Shown piece by piece: positions 10,115 to 20,542 of a DNA stretch of 64,000 nucleotides. The notes beneath the pieces are model-generated. The model saw only the letters and a program-made list of their open reading frames with translations, ran no database searches and was not told the DNA's origin. Numbering within the stretch: the first letter of the stretch is position 1; each line of letters opens with the position of its first letter. The stretch lies in the IMG/VR virus record IMGVR_UViG_3300032302_000065; one strand, given 5' to 3'. The stretch is from a virus (lineage: Duplodnaviria > Caudoviricetes). The position numbers and the translations under genes are program-made.

Positions 10115-10714
10115 ATGGCTATATTCGATAACATACTAATTAAAGGCGCACAACAAGGTGTCGTTCCCGCAAAAACTAAAGTTGCAAGGGAATGGTACAG
10201 ATCGGCTGCCGGAAAGTTAATGGGAAACATATCTCCAAGTACATTTGAAAAACGTACAGATGAAGCACGTAAAGTTCCTACTATGGAATTTGGATATATG
10301 TATGCATTTAAATATGATCCAAAACATAAAGCTGACTTACCATACTATGATACATTTCCATTGATATTTCCCGTGAAAATGGAATCTGATGGATTCTTAG
10401 GAATTAACTTTCACTATTTGCCACCAATTCTACGTGCTAAATTAATGGACGCTTTGTATTCAACGTTGACAAATAAAAAATATGATGATAGCACAAGAGT
10501 TAGAATTTCATATTCTATTTTGCAGAGTGCATCTAAGTATAGATATTTTAAGCCAACACTTAAAAAATATTTACGTGCCCATGTGCGTTCTCAGTTTTTA
10601 GAAATACAAGTACAAGAATGGGACATTGCTTTGTTTTTACCAACAGAGTCATTCAGAAAAGCAGACACTGGTCGTGTTTGGGAAGAATCACGTAAGAAAT
10701 TAGGAAGAACATAA
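10115..10714 (+). CDS. gp2: DNA end protector gp2
   Basis: YDPKHK..LPYYD.FPLIF, GFLGINFHYL. Confidence 0.95.
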   Translation: MAIFDNILIKGAQQGVVPAKTKVAREWYRSAAGKLMGNISPSTFEKRTDEARKVPTMEFGYMYAFKYDPKHKADLPYYDTFPLIFPVKMESDGFLGINFHYLPPILRAKLMDALYSTLTNKKYDDSTRVRISYSILQSASKYRYFKPTLKKYLRAHVRSQFLEIQVQEWDIALFLPTESFRKADTGRVWEESRKKLGRT

Positions 10715-10715
10715 A

Positions 10716-11291
10716 ATGGCATTAGAAACAAAATTAGACTCAGTAGAAATTACAGCTAAAAGGAGATCATTTAAAATTTCGGATTTAAGAACCAAAGTTG
10801 GTGCTGTAGCACGACCAAATTTATTTAATTGTTATTTGGACGGGTCTAGTGTATTTGAATCGCAAATACCAAATTTTAGTTTTAGGTGCGAAAAGGCTGA
10901 ATTTCCAGGAAGAACAATTGCAACAACAGATGATACGCATTCTGGACCTACATTGAAACTTCCATATGACATGACGTATAATGACATTACTCTATCTATT
11001 ATTTGTTCTGAAGACATGAAAGAACGCATGTTCTTTGAAAGCTGGATGGATCTTATTGTAAAACCAGCAAGTCAACCTGATGCAGGAACAATTGCATATC
11101 ACAGCGAATATGCAAGAGGTTTAAAATTACATGTAGAACAACTAAATGGAAATGGCAATACTATTGCAGAATATGTTTGCCATGATCCTTATCCTATAGC
11201 AATAACGCCAATGAATGCAACATGGGATGAAGTAAATACATATCAGCGTTTTGGTCTAACTTTAACATATAGATATCATACGTACTCTTAA
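10716..11291 (+). CDS. gp54: Tail tube-like / baseplate tail tube initiator (gp54/gp19 family)
   Basis: ARPNLF, CE.AEFPGR, FFESWMDLI, YPIAI motifs. Confidence 0.6.
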   Translation: MALETKLDSVEITAKRRSFKISDLRTKVGAVARPNLFNCYLDGSSVFESQIPNFSFRCEKAEFPGRTIATTDDTHSGPTLKLPYDMTYNDITLSIICSEDMKERMFFESWMDLIVKPASQPDAGTIAYHSEYARGLKLHVEQLNGNGNTIAEYVCHDPYPIAITPMNATWDEVNTYQRFGLTLTYRYHTYS

Positions 11292-11334
11292 CGTTTGACA
11301 TTTTATAATTTTTTATATAACTGGAGAAAATACT

Positions 11335-12081
11335 ATGGCTTTACCTAAATTTAACAACCCAATTTTTGAATTGACTTTACCATCTACTGGACAATCAGTC
11401 AAATACAGACCATTCTTAGTAAAGGAACAAAAACTTCTTTTGCTTGCTTTAGAAGGCAACAATCAAAATGAAGTTTTGACTGCAATTAAACAGATTGTTG
11501 GTAATTGCGCTATCGATGATATTGACCCAAGCAAAATTGCACTATTCGATTTAGAATATTTCTTTATGAGACTTAGATCAAAATCTATTGGTGAATCAAT
11601 TGATTTGAGATTGAGACATCCGACAGGATTCAATTCTAATAATGAAGAGTGTGACCACATGACTCCAATCTCAGTAGATTTGCTAAGTGTTGAAGTTGAG
11701 AAATTGGAAAATCATACCGATAAAATTATTCTAGATGATGAGACTGGAATTGGTGTTAAACTTAAATATCCAAATGTGGACATGGCAATTGCAACAAATA
11801 AAACTATTGAAGGCAAGAACCAAATGGATATTGCTACAGATGCAATCATTAACAGCATCGAATACATTTTTGATAAAGAAACAGTATACAAAAAAGAAGA
11901 TTCTACCAAGAAAGAATTGATTGAATTCATTGAGAATTTAACTCAAGATCAATATTTAAAACTTACAAAGTTTTTTGAAACTATGCCAAAGTTAAAGCAC
12001 AAAGTAGAGTGGACTTGCAAAAAGTGTGGATGTAGAGATGACGTAACTTTGGAGGGCTTGTCAAATTTTTTCGGCTTCTGA
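11335..12081 (+). CDS. gp26: Baseplate hub assembly protein gp26
   Basis: MALPK...YRPFLVKEQK.LL.A; DLEY.F..LR.KSIGE; LEGL.NFF. Confidence 0.9.
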   Translation: MALPKFNNPIFELTLPSTGQSVKYRPFLVKEQKLLLLALEGNNQNEVLTAIKQIVGNCAIDDIDPSKIALFDLEYFFMRLRSKSIGESIDLRLRHPTGFNSNNEECDHMTPISVDLLSVEVEKLENHTDKIILDDETGIGVKLKYPNVDMAIATNKTIEGKNQMDIATDAIINSIEYIFDKETVYKKEDSTKKELIEFIENLTQDQYLKLTKFFETMPKLKHKVEWTCKKCGCRDDVTLEGLSNFFGF

Positions 12082-12272
12082 TGGGGTCTGAAAATTTAGC
12101 AAACTACTATAAAACTAACTTTGCGCTAATGCAACATCATAAATATGATTTAGAGATGTTGGAGAACTTGATTCCTTTTGAACGTGAATTGTATATTATG
12201 CTACTTTCTCAACATATTGAGGAACAAAACCAGCAAGCAGAATTACAAAGACAGCAAAAAGGAAGAAGATAA
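12081..12272 (+). CDS. gp51: Baseplate hub assembly catalyst gp51
   Basis: NYYKTNFALMQHHKY.L..LENLIPFERE.Y. Confidence 0.9.
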   Translation: MGSENLANYYKTNFALMQHHKYDLEMLENLIPFERELYIMLLSQHIEEQNQQAELQRQQKGRR

Positions 12273-12797
12273 ATGACGACAGCCAAAGAGTATGCAAAAT
12301 TAAGTGCTAGTGAGCAGAAAAAAGAAGATTGGATGAATGCTAAATGGCGTCCGATGATGGGTTGGATTTATATGCTAACCTGTGTGACTGACTTCATTAT
12401 CTTTCCTATTTTGTGGAGTATTTTACAAGCCGCATTGAAACAACCTGTGACTGCATGGCAACCCATCACCTTGCAGGGTGCAGGTTTATTTCACCTTTCT
12501 ATGGGTGCTATTATTGGTGTTGCGGCTTTCGGACGTACACAAGAAAAACTAGCAGGAGCAAATAATGGCGGAATGCAACCCTTGGGACAAAGCGTCACAA
12601 CAACATATGGCTCTTCGTCAGCAGGCGGATTCGGAGCATCCAATACTTTTGGTGCACCAATATCAACACCAAGCTATGGTGGAAATTCAGGCTTTGGAAC
12701 GCCAACGACTGGGACTGGAGGATTTTCAAAACCAGCAACAGGAAAGTCAGCAAGATTTGCAGAAGCCGATCCAGACTCTGTATTCGACAGAGGGTAA
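12273..12797 (+). CDS. Holin (3TM/GTA-holin-like) with Gly-rich tail
   Basis: WRPMMGW.Y motif, TM helices, G.FH..MGA..GV.AFGRTQEK. Confidence 0.7.
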   Translation: MTTAKEYAKLSASEQKKEDWMNAKWRPMMGWIYMLTCVTDFIIFPILWSILQAALKQPVTAWQPITLQGAGLFHLSMGAIIGVAAFGRTQEKLAGANNGGMQPLGQSVTTTYGSSSAGGFGASNTFGAPISTPSYGGNSGFGTPTTGTGGFSKPATGKSARFAEADPDSVFDRG

Positions 12798-12804
12798 TTA
12801 ACAT

Positions 12805-15800
12805 ATGGCAACATTAGGCAATTATGTCTCCGCTCTTGGCGGAATGGCTAAAGAAGCTATCACAGGTACTGCTAAAGGACTTGTAGGTGGGCTAAAAGGT
12901 GCAATGATCCGTGAGGCTCCAGGAATTGCTGGCGTATATGAATTTGGTAAAGATTTAAATAAACGTGCAAATTCTTATGCAAAAATGCCTGCTGGAGGTA
13001 CGCCCCCTTCGGCAGGAACATCTAATACATCTTCTCCTTTAGGTGGATTTGCTCAAGCAGTATCCGCTGTTGCTGGCATCAACCAAGGCAATGTTATTAA
13101 CCTTGAACAAGTTCGTCAATTAAAACAATTAAATGACAATGTTGTAAATCAATCTAAACTCATTGCGTTTCAAATTGCAGATCAAAAAAGAAAAGATCAA
13201 TTTGCAGAAGAAACCGCAAATGAACAAGCGGTTCGTGATGATGCACTATTACAAGCAATTAAACAAATTGGTTCCCGTGATTCTAGTGGAAAAAAATCTT
13301 CAGATGATGGTAGAGGTGGTTCTAGTAGTTTTTTAGGAAAAATTGGCGATTTAATATCGGATAATTTAGGAAGCATAATTGGAAGCATAATTGGAGGATA
13401 TTTTGGTGCCAAAACCGGTGTCCCTGGCAGAGTATTAGGTGGCATAGGACGTGGTGCGGCTGGCCAAGCCGCAGGATCAATGGCAGGTCGTGCAGTTCCT
13501 CAAATAGGAATGGCAGGTCGTGCAGTTCCTCAAATAGGAATGGCAGGTCGGGCGGCCGCAAGTAACATTATAGATGTTGAAGCAAGAGTGATTTCTAGTT
13601 CAGCCGCAAGAGGAGCATTAGCTGAAGGGATTGGTACTATTGTTCCAATGGTACTTAGATTTTTAACTGGTCCTGTGGGATTAGGAATCATGGCAGCCGC
13701 TGGCATAGGCACTTACCTTTATTCAAAACGTGATCCTGACAAAGCGGCGGCCGCAAGTGCAAATTCTGCATTAAAAAAATTAAAAAATCAACCACCAGAA
13801 ACTGAAGGTCAATTCCGTAAAGTCAAAATCACGCAAGATGAAGCAAAAGTATTATTAGAACAAAGAGCAGAGAGAGAAAAAGAAGCGGTGGAGGCCGAAG
13901 CCAAAGCCAAAACAATATCTGAATCTACTACTGCAACAGCAGAACAAAAAGAAACTGCTAAAAAATTCGCAGAAGGCAGAAGAGAAGCTGTTGATTATGA
14001 TATCAAACCGTATGGAGGACTTGACAGAATTCAAAAAGTTGCCGCAGGCCTGCCAGATCCAGGTGGAGCAGTATCTACTAGTCAATATCTTGATAAAATG
14101 AAAGGTGTTGAATCTGGAGGTAAAAATATTGCAAATCCTATTGGCGGTACTGCTGGCGGCGTTTATCAAATTACAGATAGCACTTGGACTGGTAATGTAA
14201 CAAAAATGATTGCGGCTGGAGATAAAAGGTTTACTAAAGCCGATCTTGATCCAAAGATGAAATTTAACCCAGAAAAAGCAAGAGCGGTTGCAGAATTCAT
14301 CACAAATCAAAATATATCAGGATTAAAAAATGGATTGCGTAAAGACCCAACAGAAACAGATGTCTACATGGCATGGTTTTTGGGTCTGGGTGATAACAAC
14401 TCTGGCGCAATTCAATTTTTAAAAGCAAAAGAGAAAGATCCAGCACAACTTGCATGGAAACTTGCATCATCAAATGAAGATAGTGATATAATCAATAACA
14501 ATGCTGAAATTTTCTATCAAAAAGTATCTAGAGATCCAACAACTAAAAAAGTTTTAAGTAAAGAAGGTCCACGTTCTGTACAAGCACTTTATGATTTGAT
14601 GAAATCAAAAGTTGCTAGATTTGGTGGCACTGGTGATGCAGTAGTTATTGCTTCTACAGGTTCAACTTCAGGTAATACAACTTCAGCTAATAATGAAGGA
14701 AATACAAAAGAAAAACGTCCTGGAACTAAAGTTGAAGTTAATAATAAAGAGGTAAAAGACTTTTACGCAAAAGATGATTCGCCATTTCGAACTGCCGGTG
14801 GTGGTCTTTTATTTCCTCCTGAAGCAAGTGTTCCAGGAAATCCTCCTCCAAGTGTTCCAAGAAATCCTCCTCCAAGTGTTCCAGGAAATCCTCCTCCAAG
14901 TGTTCCAGAAAAAAAATCTACATGGATGGGACAAACTGATGAATGGGGAAATTTAGCTACACCAGTCGCAACACCAACCACAAGATCACTTAGTGGCGGT
15001 ACTAAAATTGCTGTTAAGAATGCGCCAATCAAAACAGAAGACGATAAGCTAAGAAAAGTAACAGAAAATATAGCTAAACAACAGGGAATAGATCCTAAAA
15101 AATCTAGTGCAACACAAACGCCCACACAAAAGCAAAAAGAAACTGCAAGATTAGCTTCTATTGTTAAGCCTTTATACAAATCTAATACTGATATAATTAA
15201 TGATACCAATCAGAAATTTTTACAAGGATTTAAATCTACTGCTACAAGAGCATTCACTCAAATCTTAACAAAAGAATTTTTTCCAAAAGGACTTGGTGTT
15301 TCATACGACCAAGCAAAACGAGATGATAATTATCGTGGTCAGCAATTACAAAAGATTTTTGGAACACAAGCCGCATCACAAAAATTTGCAACTGGTCTAT
15401 TAGGAAAAACTTATGGTCCTATGTTTGCACCTTTGTTCAATCAAATGGCGCAAGGTTACTTGGAAGTTGGTTCTAGAATTGCAGGAAATGCAATTTTTCA
15501 AGGCATTGGTAAATTAGGCGCAGAAGAAGCACAAGGCATTATGGGGCAAGTTCTTGGGAACTATGCTGCCGGAAATAAAAAATTAGCATTAGAGCAATTG
15601 ATATTTGGCGCATCAGGCGGTAGAAATAATGGTGGTATTGCACTCGGTATGGAATCGCTTTTTGCTAAGTATGGATTTAATAATCCAACACAAGGTATTT
15701 CATATTTTGCTGGTGGGCTTGCAGATATGGCTACTGCACCTCTTGCAAATATGTTAGGAGGCGATACAACTAATGGTGTTCGTTTTGATAACAGAACTGG

Positions 15801-18576
15801 AAAATATTATAACAGAGATGGTACAGAATCTAATGCAAATGAATATGCGGCCGCAGCCCGACAATATGGCGCATCAATTAATCAAGGACCATTGTTTAGT
15901 GTAGGTAATGATAATTATAGTGGTCGTGGACAACCTGGCACAACACAAATGCAAGGCGGTGTTGTTCAACAAGGATACGGACAACAATATGGATCGTCAC
16001 CGGCTCCTGGACAATTTAGAGTTGTTGCACCAACAGTAAATACTATTACTGGAGTAACTACTGCACCAACACTCGCTCAAGCCCTTGGATTAACTCAACA
16101 AACAGTAGCAGGATTTAGTAAAGAACAACTTGCGGTCGCAGAAGCACAACTTGATTTAGCTAGAATAGAAGGTACTAAAAGAGCTGAAGAAGCAAAAGCT
16201 AAATTGATATCAGATGCGGAATCAAGAGCGCAATCATTAGGTTTAGAAAAAGATAGTGCAGAATATAATAGAATGGTTGCGGCCGCATCCGATAGAGGTA
16301 ACGCAATAGTTACTATGGAAGCCGCAAAATATACTGTTTCGGGTTTAAGTGGACAGGGAAAAGAAGGTGGTGGAACTGCTATACAAGGAACACTTAAACC
16401 TGGTGATCCTGGATACAGAGAAGGTCAACTATTTCAAAATCCAACAGGTGGTGGAAAATTAAGTTTCGGACAAGAGTTAGGAAACTTTGGATTTGATGTT
16501 GGTAAGATGATGTTAGGAAATAAGATATCTCAAAGTCTAGGAATTAAGAATCCATATGCTCAAATGTTTGCAAACTTTGCAATTCAAAAAGGATTGAATT
16601 ATGGATTTGAAGCACTAAAAGGTACTGACTTATTTAAAGGCATGTTTGGTGGACCGTCTAGCCCGGCTAGCACGTGGATGGGACAAACCGATGAGTGGGG
16701 TAGTTTAGCTGATGCCGCAGGTGATGTTACTGATGTTGTAGATGCCGGAAGTGATATTGCAGACGTATTTTCTTGGTTCGCCGCTGATGGTGGTATTGCA
16801 ACTAAAACAACTCCTGGTGTTTTTGGTGAAGCTGGTGCTGAAGCTATTATTCCTCTTTCAAATCCTACTGCAACAAAAGCATTGTCTTCAGCTATGGGCA
16901 CAGACAAACAATTGTCTGCGTTAGGAGACCAAACACAGTTATTGTCTAGCATCGATAATTCACTATTGACAATATCAGGAAAATCAGCTGGTTCTGGAAC
17001 TAACATTGGTGGTGGAAGTTTATCATCATCAGGAAGTTCTTATATGATGAGTGGCGGCCTAGGTGGAGTTTGGAATCCAACTGCTACTACCTCATCAGGA
17101 CTTAAACCTGGAGTTAATGCAGGAAAACCTGGTGCTCCTAGCACAATGGACATTGTTGGGTCTATAGCAACTAGTTTGGTAAAATCATACGTAGTTAAAA
17201 CTGCTATCGGTGCGGCATTAAATCTTGCCGTTCCAGGAACTACAGCCGCTTTAGCCGCAGGATTTGAAGGTGGTATTATGGCTGGCGTATCAAATGCGGT
17301 AGGTATGGTTCCACAATTTCTTAGTGCCGCAGGAACTAATATTTCAAGTGCTTTAGGTTTGGGTGAAGGTGTTGGTGTTTTAGCGTCTGGTGCAAGTTCT
17401 GTTGCTAGTGCTTTAGGTGCTACTGAAGTCGCCGCCGCATTTGCGTCAGAAGGTTTGATGGCTGGCTTAGCCGCTATGGGACCTGTTGGTTGGGCGGGGC
17501 TTGCTGTTGTTGGTGTTGCGGCCGCATTAGGATATGGCGGTGGTGGCGGTGGAGGAAGTGCGCCTCCACCAAAAGAACCTAAATTTCATGCCGCAATCTA
17601 TGTAACAGGAAATAACAATATTGATGCGATAGCGCCAGTATATGAAACAGTCGATTATCATGCAGTTCCTGATGTATACAAAACGATTGCGTATGGTTTA
17701 TTGCGTGTAGCTTTTAATGCGGCAAAGGCAGCCGAATCAGTTACAAAAATGGCGCCTCCGTTTGATTACTTATACATTAAAGTCGAATATAATAGAATTT
17801 CTTTATGTTGGGGTAAAGGCGCACCTAATGCAAATACTCTAGCGACAAGTGATGCTAATCAAGTCGGTTCATGGGGTCCACCAAGCAAAGAACAAAATCT
17901 TAATGCTGTTGCAAGTGATATTGTAGATTTAATTAATAAAGAATTTAAAAAGACAGCAAACGCACAACAACTAACTAAACTAGATACTGCGGCTAAAGCA
18001 TTGGGTAACATGACATTAGACCAATTGAGTTCTGGTTTGATTCAAGACTTGAAGACTGGTGAGTTCAAATTAGATAAATCTGTAGAAAAAGGAATATATG
18101 CAAATAATGTAGCCGAATCTAACAGAATTGGTTCCCTAATTAATGCATCATCTACTCATGCAGGATATGTGTCAACAGGAACGTCAGCAGAATATGATGC
18201 CGATGGTAATTTGATAAAAGAAGGAACCACAGGCGGAACTCCTATGATTTGGAGTATGAAAGATAACGCATATGTTGACGCTACTAGGTCTCCTGGTGCA
18301 TTACTATTAGACGCACAAGGAAGACCTGTGTATGATATTCCAGGAACGTCAGCAGGTTTAACTGCTGAAGATTTTGGTGGAACAGACGTTGTTGGTATTG
18401 ATAGACCAGCTAACTTGTATTCTCCTACTACAGGAAGTGTTACTTCAGGTTCAGGTTCTGGCGGTACTGTTATTAGCGCACCATCAAATACAAAAATTGA
18501 TAATTCAGCGGTGAATAATTTTTATAATACCCCATCAAATTCTTTAGATATGTTGAGAAATACAGGACCGAAATAA
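12805..18576 (+). CDS. Tape measure-like protein (gp29 position) with lysozyme/transglycosylase-like domain
   Basis: 1923 aa, Gly/Ala-rich; VESGG..AGGVYQI..W and DVYMAWFLG lysozyme-fold motifs; ADGG..GEAGAEAIIPL tape-measure motif. Confidence 0.7.
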   Translation: MATLGNYVSALGGMAKEAITGTAKGLVGGLKGAMIREAPGIAGVYEFGKDLNKRANSYAKMPAGGTPPSAGTSNTSSPLGGFAQAVSAVAGINQGNVINLEQVRQLKQLNDNVVNQSKLIAFQIADQKRKDQFAEETANEQAVRDDALLQAIKQIGSRDSSGKKSSDDGRGGSSSFLGKIGDLISDNLGSIIGSIIGGYFGAKTGVPGRVLGGIGRGAAGQAAGSMAGRAVPQIGMAGRAVPQIGMAGRAAASNIIDVEARVISSSAARGALAEGIGTIVPMVLRFLTGPVGLGIMAAAGIGTYLYSKRDPDKAAAASANSALKKLKNQPPETEGQFRKVKITQDEAKVLLEQRAEREKEAVEAEAKAKTISESTTATAEQKETAKKFAEGRREAVDYDIKPYGGLDRIQKVAAGLPDPGGAVSTSQYLDKMKGVESGGKNIANPIGGTAGGVYQITDSTWTGNVTKMIAAGDKRFTKADLDPKMKFNPEKARAVAEFITNQNISGLKNGLRKDPTETDVYMAWFLGLGDNNSGAIQFLKAKEKDPAQLAWKLASSNEDSDIINNNAEIFYQKVSRDPTTKKVLSKEGPRSVQALYDLMKSKVARFGGTGDAVVIASTGSTSGNTTSANNEGNTKEKRPGTKVEVNNKEVKDFYAKDDSPFRTAGGGLLFPPEASVPGNPPPSVPRNPPPSVPGNPPPSVPEKKSTWMGQTDEWGNLATPVATPTTRSLSGGTKIAVKNAPIKTEDDKLRKVTENIAKQQGIDPKKSSATQTPTQKQKETARLASIVKPLYKSNTDIINDTNQKFLQGFKSTATRAFTQILTKEFFPKGLGVSYDQAKRDDNYRGQQLQKIFGTQAASQKFATGLLGKTYGPMFAPLFNQMAQGYLEVGSRIAGNAIFQGIGKLGAEEAQGIMGQVLGNYAAGNKKLALEQLIFGASGGRNNGGIALGMESLFAKYGFNNPTQGISYFAGGLADMATAPLANMLGGDTTNGVRFDNRTGKYYNRDGTESNANEYAAAARQYGASINQGPLFSVGNDNYSGRGQPGTTQMQGGVVQQGYGQQYGSSPAPGQFRVVAPTVNTITGVTTAPTLAQALGLTQQTVAGFSKEQLAVAEAQLDLARIEGTKRAEEAKAKLISDAESRAQSLGLEKDSAEYNRMVAAASDRGNAIVTMEAAKYTVSGLSGQGKEGGGTAIQGTLKPGDPGYREGQLFQNPTGGGKLSFGQELGNFGFDVGKMMLGNKISQSLGIKNPYAQMFANFAIQKGLNYGFEALKGTDLFKGMFGGPSSPASTWMGQTDEWGSLADAAGDVTDVVDAGSDIADVFSWFAADGGIATKTTPGVFGEAGAEAIIPLSNPTATKALSSAMGTDKQLSALGDQTQLLSSIDNSLLTISGKSAGSGTNIGGGSLSSSGSSYMMSGGLGGVWNPTATTSSGLKPGVNAGKPGAPSTMDIVGSIATSLVKSYVVKTAIGAALNLAVPGTTAALAAGFEGGIMAGVSNAVGMVPQFLSAAGTNISSALGLGEGVGVLASGASSVASALGATEVAAAFASEGLMAGLAAMGPVGWAGLAVVGVAAALGYGGGGGGGSAPPPKEPKFHAAIYVTGNNNIDAIAPVYETVDYHAVPDVYKTIAYGLLRVAFNAAKAAESVTKMAPPFDYLYIKVEYNRISLCWGKGAPNANTLATSDANQVGSWGPPSKEQNLNAVASDIVDLINKEFKKTANAQQLTKLDTAAKALGNMTLDQLSSGLIQDLKTGEFKLDKSVEKGIYANNVAESNRIGSLINASSTHAGYVSTGTSAEYDADGNLIKEGTTGGTPMIWSMKDNAYVDATRSPGALLLDAQGRPVYDIPGTSAGLTAEDFGGTDVVGIDRPANLYSPTTGSVTSGSGSGGTVISAPSNTKIDNSAVNNFYNTPSNSLDMLRNTGPK
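13480..13550 (+). repeat. 30-bp in-frame tandem repeat (MAGRAVPQIG), ~2.4 copies
   Basis: atggcaggtcgtgcagttcctcaaatagga repeated exactly. Confidence 0.95.
14825..14908 (+). repeat. 24-bp in-frame tandem repeat (SVPGNPPP), ~3.5 copies
   Basis: caagtgttcca(g/a)gaaatcctcctc units. Confidence 0.95.
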
Positions 18577-18608
18577 AAAAAGGGAAGCATTTTATTGCTT
18601 CCCTAAAG
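18575..18608. terminator. Intrinsic terminator between convergent tape measure gene and gp32
   Basis: AGGGAAGCA-TTTTAT-TGCTTCCCT hairpin with an A-run on the left (U-tail on minus). Confidence 0.85.
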
Positions 18609-18634
18609 TCTCACAGGAGAGAGATTACAAAAGA

Positions 18635-19549
18635 TTAATCTTCAGCCAACTTCTCAAAGTAACTCAAATCTTCATCATCATCAACTGAGTCTGCAACTGT
18701 AGGTTTCTTAACAGGTGTTGTCGTAGGTTTTGTTGTTGAAGCAGTACCTGGTACGTTAGGTTTAGTAGAGTAATAATTATCTCCAGCAGAACCATCTTCA
18801 AGACCAAGCACTTTGTTCAAACGTGCTTTCAATTCATCATAAGACTTGAAGTTCTTTTCGCTTAAGAATTCAGACAAACCAAACTCTTGCTTCCAGATAC
18901 GCTCTAAGTCATCTTCATCGCCAGACAATGGTGCTGGTGATTCAAACTCAGACTTATCATAGTTCTGATAACCTTCAACTTTACGAATCTTCAACTTGAA
19001 GTTCGCACCTTCCCAAAGGTCGAATGGGTTGACAGGAGTTTCATCTTCAAACTCGGGATTCATCAAGTCGTTCAACTTGTCGAAAATCTTCTTACCGAAT
19101 TTGAACAATTTAACTGTTCCGTCATTATCAGGATTTGCAGGATCCTTGATAACATAGATGTTTGCGATATACTGCAACTTACGCTTTTGTTTACGTGCAA
19201 TATCTTTGTTAGCATCAGAACCAGAGTTCCAAAGGATGCTATTGTGTTCAGACACAGGGTCTTTCTTGTTGAGTGTAGTCAACGAATTTTCAATGTACCA
19301 TCCACCAGGACCTTGGAATGAATGATTGAAAACTTGAACCCAAGGTACATCTTCGCCTGCGGGTGCGGGAAGAAAACGGATCGTTGCGAAACCGTTACCT
19401 GCTTTGTCTACTGTGGGTTTCCAGAATCGGAGGTCTTCATAAGACTTCTTACCCTCTTCTTTATTTGTGAGTTTGGAAACTGCGTCTGTGAGTTTTTCCA
19501 AATCTTTGGTGCGTGACTTTTTCAAATCTGCAAATGATGTTGATGCCAT
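18635..19549 (-). CDS. gp32: ssDNA-binding protein gp32
   Basis: D.RFWKP..DKAGNG.A.IRFLP, HSFQGPGGWYIEN, acidic C-terminus. Confidence 0.97.
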   Translation of the reverse strand: MASTSFADLKKSRTKDLEKLTDAVSKLTNKEEGKKSYEDLRFWKPTVDKAGNGFATIRFLPAPAGEDVPWVQVFNHSFQGPGGWYIENSLTTLNKKDPVSEHNSILWNSGSDANKDIARKQKRKLQYIANIYVIKDPANPDNDGTVKLFKFGKKIFDKLNDLMNPEFEDETPVNPFDLWEGANFKLKIRKVEGYQNYDKSEFESPAPLSGDEDDLERIWKQEFGLSEFLSEKNFKSYDELKARLNKVLGLEDGSAGDNYYSTKPNVPGTASTTKPTTTPVKKPTVADSVDDDEDLSYFEKLAED

Positions 19550-19627
19550 ATTAGTATATTCCTTGTATGTTAAGTATTAAATGTATGTTTTGCTTGTCCA
19601 CTTTTATCATAATCTACTATAGTATAT

Positions 19628-19656
19628 AGTCTATCATAATTCTCTACAGGTGTCAA
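19628..19656 (-). promoter_or_regulatory. Sigma70-like promoter of gp32
   Basis: TTGACA-17-TAGACT. Confidence 0.7.
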
Positions 19657-19700
19657 TAGTCGGCAAACTTTCTTTGGTTTACGCACTACTGCCGACACCA

Positions 19701-20300
19701 CTACGTCACTACTACTAACTCTCTGAGTGACTTTTTCATCCTTGCCGTATCGTAATTTAAAAAGGGCTGGTACTTTTTGCATAACTTGCTTACCTCTTTG
19801 TAGATTGGATCATGTATCATTGTATCATACCTTTTGACAAAATGCAATAGTGAATTCAATATTGCTAGTGTCTCCAGACTGATTTCTCCTCTTAAATATT
19901 TCTTGATAATCGGTGGATGGTCACCACCTTTAGCATTAAAAAATTCATTCAGTTCGTCTGGCTTCCAACCAGAAATAAAATCCATCTCATTTTTAAATAC
20001 ATACGTCAACGATTCTTGTTTACGTTTCCATTCTTTGTAGCGGTTCTCACATTCTTCAGAGAGAAGTTCGCCAACCCAAATTTTTGTGTCATGCATGAAA
20101 TTAGAAACTAAAAACTCTTCTAAGTAAGCATCTTTACGATTACCAAGTTTAGCAAAAAAGATTTTGTCTTTACGTTTCAAAAAAGAATCGTATGTGACAT
20201 TGACCTTTTTGTTGTACTTAAACCAATCGTAACTGTCTAACGTAAAATGATTTTTAATTCCTAAGTAAACTTTGTATGCGTCTATAGCATCCATTTTCAT
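19701..20300 (-). CDS. gp59: Helicase loader gp59
   Basis: YK.YL.IKNHF...YDWFKY, F.KRKDK.FF.KL, ISLETL. Confidence 0.93.
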   Translation of the reverse strand: MKMDAIDAYKVYLGIKNHFTLDSYDWFKYNKKVNVTYDSFLKRKDKIFFAKLGNRKDAYLEEFLVSNFMHDTKIWVGELLSEECENRYKEWKRKQESLTYVFKNEMDFISGWKPDELNEFFNAKGGDHPPIIKKYLRGEISLETLAILNSLLHFVKRYDTMIHDPIYKEVSKLCKKYQPFLNYDTARMKKSLRELVVVT

Positions 20301-20542
20301 TAATCGTCAAACTCAATAGGCAATCTTGCTTTCGGTGCAATCATCTTTAACTTCATTGCTTCACCCTCAATAGAAGATTTCATACGTGGTGTAATTAAAG
20401 ATGCCGCAGTTTCGACTTCAACGTTTTTAATTGAGCAGTACTCTAAGATAGCATCAATCATTGTGATAGGATGTTTATCACGTTGAATTTTTTTTATCTC
20501 AGATTCAAATTCTTTCTGTGTTAAAATCTTAAGACTCATCAA
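20300..20542 (-). CDS. gp33: Late transcription coactivator gp33
   Basis: IDAILEYC...VEVET...LI...K..IE.EA..L. Confidence 0.9.
   Translation of the reverse strand: MMSLKILTQKEFESEIKKIQRDKHPITMIDAILEYCSIKNVEVETAASLITPRMKSSIEGEAMKLKMIAPKARLPIEFDD

Noticed and set aside
13480-14908. Tandem repeats as a possible CRISPR array
   Set aside because: No unique spacers; they are in-frame coding repeats
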